From Paraspadella gotoi (taxonomy: Eukaryota; Animalia; Chaetognatha): a stretch of DNA of 11,665 nucleotides. Numbering within the stretch: the first letter of the stretch is position 1; every line of letters starts with the position of its first letter. The translations under genes and the position numbers were made by a program. The DNA lies in assembly GCA_051294375.1 (NCBI GenBank), contig JBJCIZ010000665.1, positions 1 to 11,665 of the forward strand. The letters are read 5' to 3'. Positions 9,784 to 11,665 of the stretch are shown in pieces. The notes beneath the pieces are model-generated. The model did no database searches. It was not told the DNA's origin and saw only the letters and a program-made list of their open reading frames with translations.

Positions 9784-10189
9784 CAAAAATTCACATTTAA
9801 CTGAATTTTATTAAAATCTCTCTCTATCTGTCCCTTATTGCTCACAGATAGAGATGAGAGGCGACTTACCACCGGTCCTCTCTCACTAAATCCTTCCTCT
9901 CATCCTCTTTCTCCGAGCCGATCAATCCACACGGTCACTTTGCCCTAGCTTTGGAAATTACCTTAGAGTTGACCGGACTAAAGCATAGGGCCAAAGGAGA
10001 CGTAAGGTAAAGTCAGTCCGGGTGATGATAAAAGTGGATCAGGAGAGCTCCTCTCACGCCTTTTCTCTTCTCTAACATCGTCACACTACTTCACCTACAA
10101 AAGATTAATTTGGCTCTTGTTAAGTAATTGACTGCTTGAAATTTTTTAATGATTTATTTAAGAAAATAATGTTATTGATTTATAAATAT

Positions 10190-10282
10190 AATGCAAGTTT
10201 AAACCAAATTATGCAAGTTTACCAAAATTATGCCAGTTGACCAAATTGTGCAAGTTGCCCAATTATGCAGGTTGACGCCAAA
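10190..10282. repeat. 18-bp minisatellite, ~5 units (ATGCCAGTTGACCAAATT)
   Basis: Reverse complement of the 4420-4775 unit, immediately before a HINE 3' terminus. Confidence 0.8.
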
Positions 10283-10480
10283 TATCGTAGCAGACCTCGA
10301 TGTTGTTTGCTCAAAACTGTTTTATTCTTTAGTTGCCTGATTCTACTTTTAGAAAAAACCTCTTTAAAATACGGGGAAATGAATGGTCGCTAATATTTTG
10401 GATCACAATGCATAAAAATAATAAAAATAAAAAATCAGCCTCAATGAAAGCAACAGTGTCTCAGCCGAGGGGTCAAAAGT

Positions 10481-10505
10481 NNNNNNNNNNNNNNNNNNNN
10501 NNNNN
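10481..10505. other. Assembly gap (25 N)
   Basis: N run. Confidence 1.
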
Positions 10506-10986
10506 ACACTTCCCTACCATCATACAAAATTTCAAGTCAATTGCAGTGACTGAGAAAAAAAGAGAGAGAAAGAGAGCGACATATAAGTAAAAGAAAGAGA
10601 GATGGAAAGAGACATATAATTAAAAGGTTTTTGTTTCGTAAATAAAACATAAACAAATAGGAATATTGATATGAAACATGACAATTTTAAAGATCTTGAT
10701 GATTAGAAGCCATATATAAATTTTCAACTCCCTATGATATCACACTTTTAGAAGCCATGATTGCAAAAAAGCATGACGCAGACGACGACGACGAATGCCT
10801 TTCAAGTCAAGTCCAGACGAAGATGACGACTACGGCACAAAGAAGCGAAAGCGAATTATTATAGAGACAGGACCGGCTTCGCCCGGTCTGTCTCGATAAA
10901 AATTATCGTGAATTATCATCTGATTAGCTGATTACCGCTTAATTATCGTAGGCAGATCCGACATTGTTTGCTCAAACTTTTTTTTT
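10506..10986 (+). mobile_element. HINE copy F: mosaic body with an intact 3' terminus
   Basis: SubTIR GCAGATCCGAC (10952-10962), hairpin GTTTG-CT-CAAAC (10966-10977), T-run to 10986. The body shares blocks with 3418-3633 (inverted) and 5143-5180 (direct). Confidence 0.7.
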
Positions 10987-11013
10987 AATTCTTCAATCAT
11001 TTTATTTTACTTT

Positions 11014-11373
11014 ATGAGCAGAAAGCAAGTAAGAGAAAGATTTAGATTGATTTCAAGTCTTGCCAGCACAAGAATAGCACCAATGAAAAAATGTATTCTG
11101 GTATTAATCGTCAGCCTTTTGGGTTACATTTTGGTTTACATTTATATGGAGATGATACTTCATGGCACATATAAACCATCAATTGAAAAGTCCACAAACC
11201 GAAAATTAATTCTTATCTGGCCAAAAGATTTGCCGGGAAAATACTTTGGGTTTCCAGTTGGTTCTTGGGCGTTTCGTCACTACAAATGCTCCGTCAGTGA
11301 CTGTGAAGCGACAACGGATCGGAAGAGATTCTCCATGGCTGACGCCATTATCTTCCACCCAAGAGATCTTCAG
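11014..11373 (+). CDS. First coding exon of an alpha-(1,3)-fucosyltransferase (GT10 family), type II Golgi membrane protein; gene continues beyond the intron
   Basis: Short basic tail plus hydrophobic TM segment (MKKCILVLIVSLLGYILVYIYM, ATG at 11083), a stem, then 'KLILIW...CSVSDCEATTDRKRFSMADAIIFHPRDL', matching the GT10 N-terminal C-x3/4-C-x2-T-x-DR-x5-ADAxxFH motif. Phase-0 donor CAG|GTAAAT at 11373/11374. The ORF is open from ATG 11014, but ATG 11083 is the more likely start (see findings). The paralog cannot be assigned by eye. Confidence 0.88.
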
Positions 11374-11407
11374 GTAAATTATTGATTATTATTTGAATAA
11401 ACTTGGA

Positions 11408-11470
11408 TTTTTAGTCGGATCTGCTTATCAGCAGATTCCGACTCTACCCCGTGTCCGTTCGTGAGTGACA
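11408..11470 (+). mobile_element. HINE 5' terminus (copy G) in the fucosyltransferase intron; full extent unknown
   Basis: TTTTT-AGTCGGATCTGC-TTATCA-GCAGATTCCGACT-CTA...GTGTCCGTTCGT: subTIR plus adjacent inverted repeat, 34 bp after the splice donor. Confidence 0.8.
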
Positions 11471-11665
11471 CCAAAAAAATAAACATAATTCATAAGTATA
11501 TCATTAGTTAGATAATTACTTGACGTTTTTTATGTATAAGTTTTATTTCGTGTTTAATTTATTTACTATTCTTTGTTTAATTTTTTATCTAACACAGTAA
11601 AACTGGCGTGTTCTTGATTGAATTTTTAAAATATTTTATATCATAAGAAATCCCTATTATTGGTC

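Larger units (their letters stand above)
9020..10324 (+). mobile_element. HINE copy E (5'-truncated) with internal insertions
   Basis: Forward ~150-bp units at ~9080-9215 and ~9275-9360, resuming at ~9781. 18-bp units at 10190-10282. Terminus ATCGTAGCAGACCTCGATGTTGTTTGCTCAAAACTGTTTTT (10285-10324). Continuity as a single copy is inferred. Confidence 0.55.

Noticed and set aside
9930-10046. Twister or hammerhead ribozyme (CCGG...AAGC...CCGG...GATAAAAGTGGA; GTGATGA)
   Set aside because: The twister P4 loop would be interrupted by ~30 nt, and the UAA and T1 pairing are missing. There is no CUGANGA/GAAA core on either strand. Kept only as an unclassified structured segment.

Overview
AT-rich eukaryotic (probably invertebrate, inferred) draft-genome window with two N gaps, made mostly of nested and decayed transposons. 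From left to right it holds: (i) 57-2681, an array of alternating-orientation ~200-bp inverted modules, with a 958-bp TA-flanked foldback MITE (815-1772) inserted in one spacer; (ii) several copies and fragments of a DINE-1/HINE-like non-autonomous Helentron family (subTIR GTCGGATCTGC/GCAGATCCGAC, 5' hairpin, GTCC microsatellite, ~148-bp central repeats, 18-bp minisatellite, 3' GTTTG-CT-CAAAC hairpin), plus a probable second family nested in one copy; (iii) a decayed non-LTR retrotransposon remnant, with possible gag-like zinc knuckles directly abutting an RTE-like ORF2 C-terminus; (iv) a GC-richer segment at ~9820-10056 with three mutually crossing complementary pairs; (v) the first coding exon of a GT10 alpha-1,3-fucosyltransferase (ending at 11373), lying between a HINE 3' end and a HINE 5' end. 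All other listed ORFs look spurious. Alignments were done by eye and many boundaries are approximate. I see no clear evidence of a wholly new biological system; the best leads are structural.
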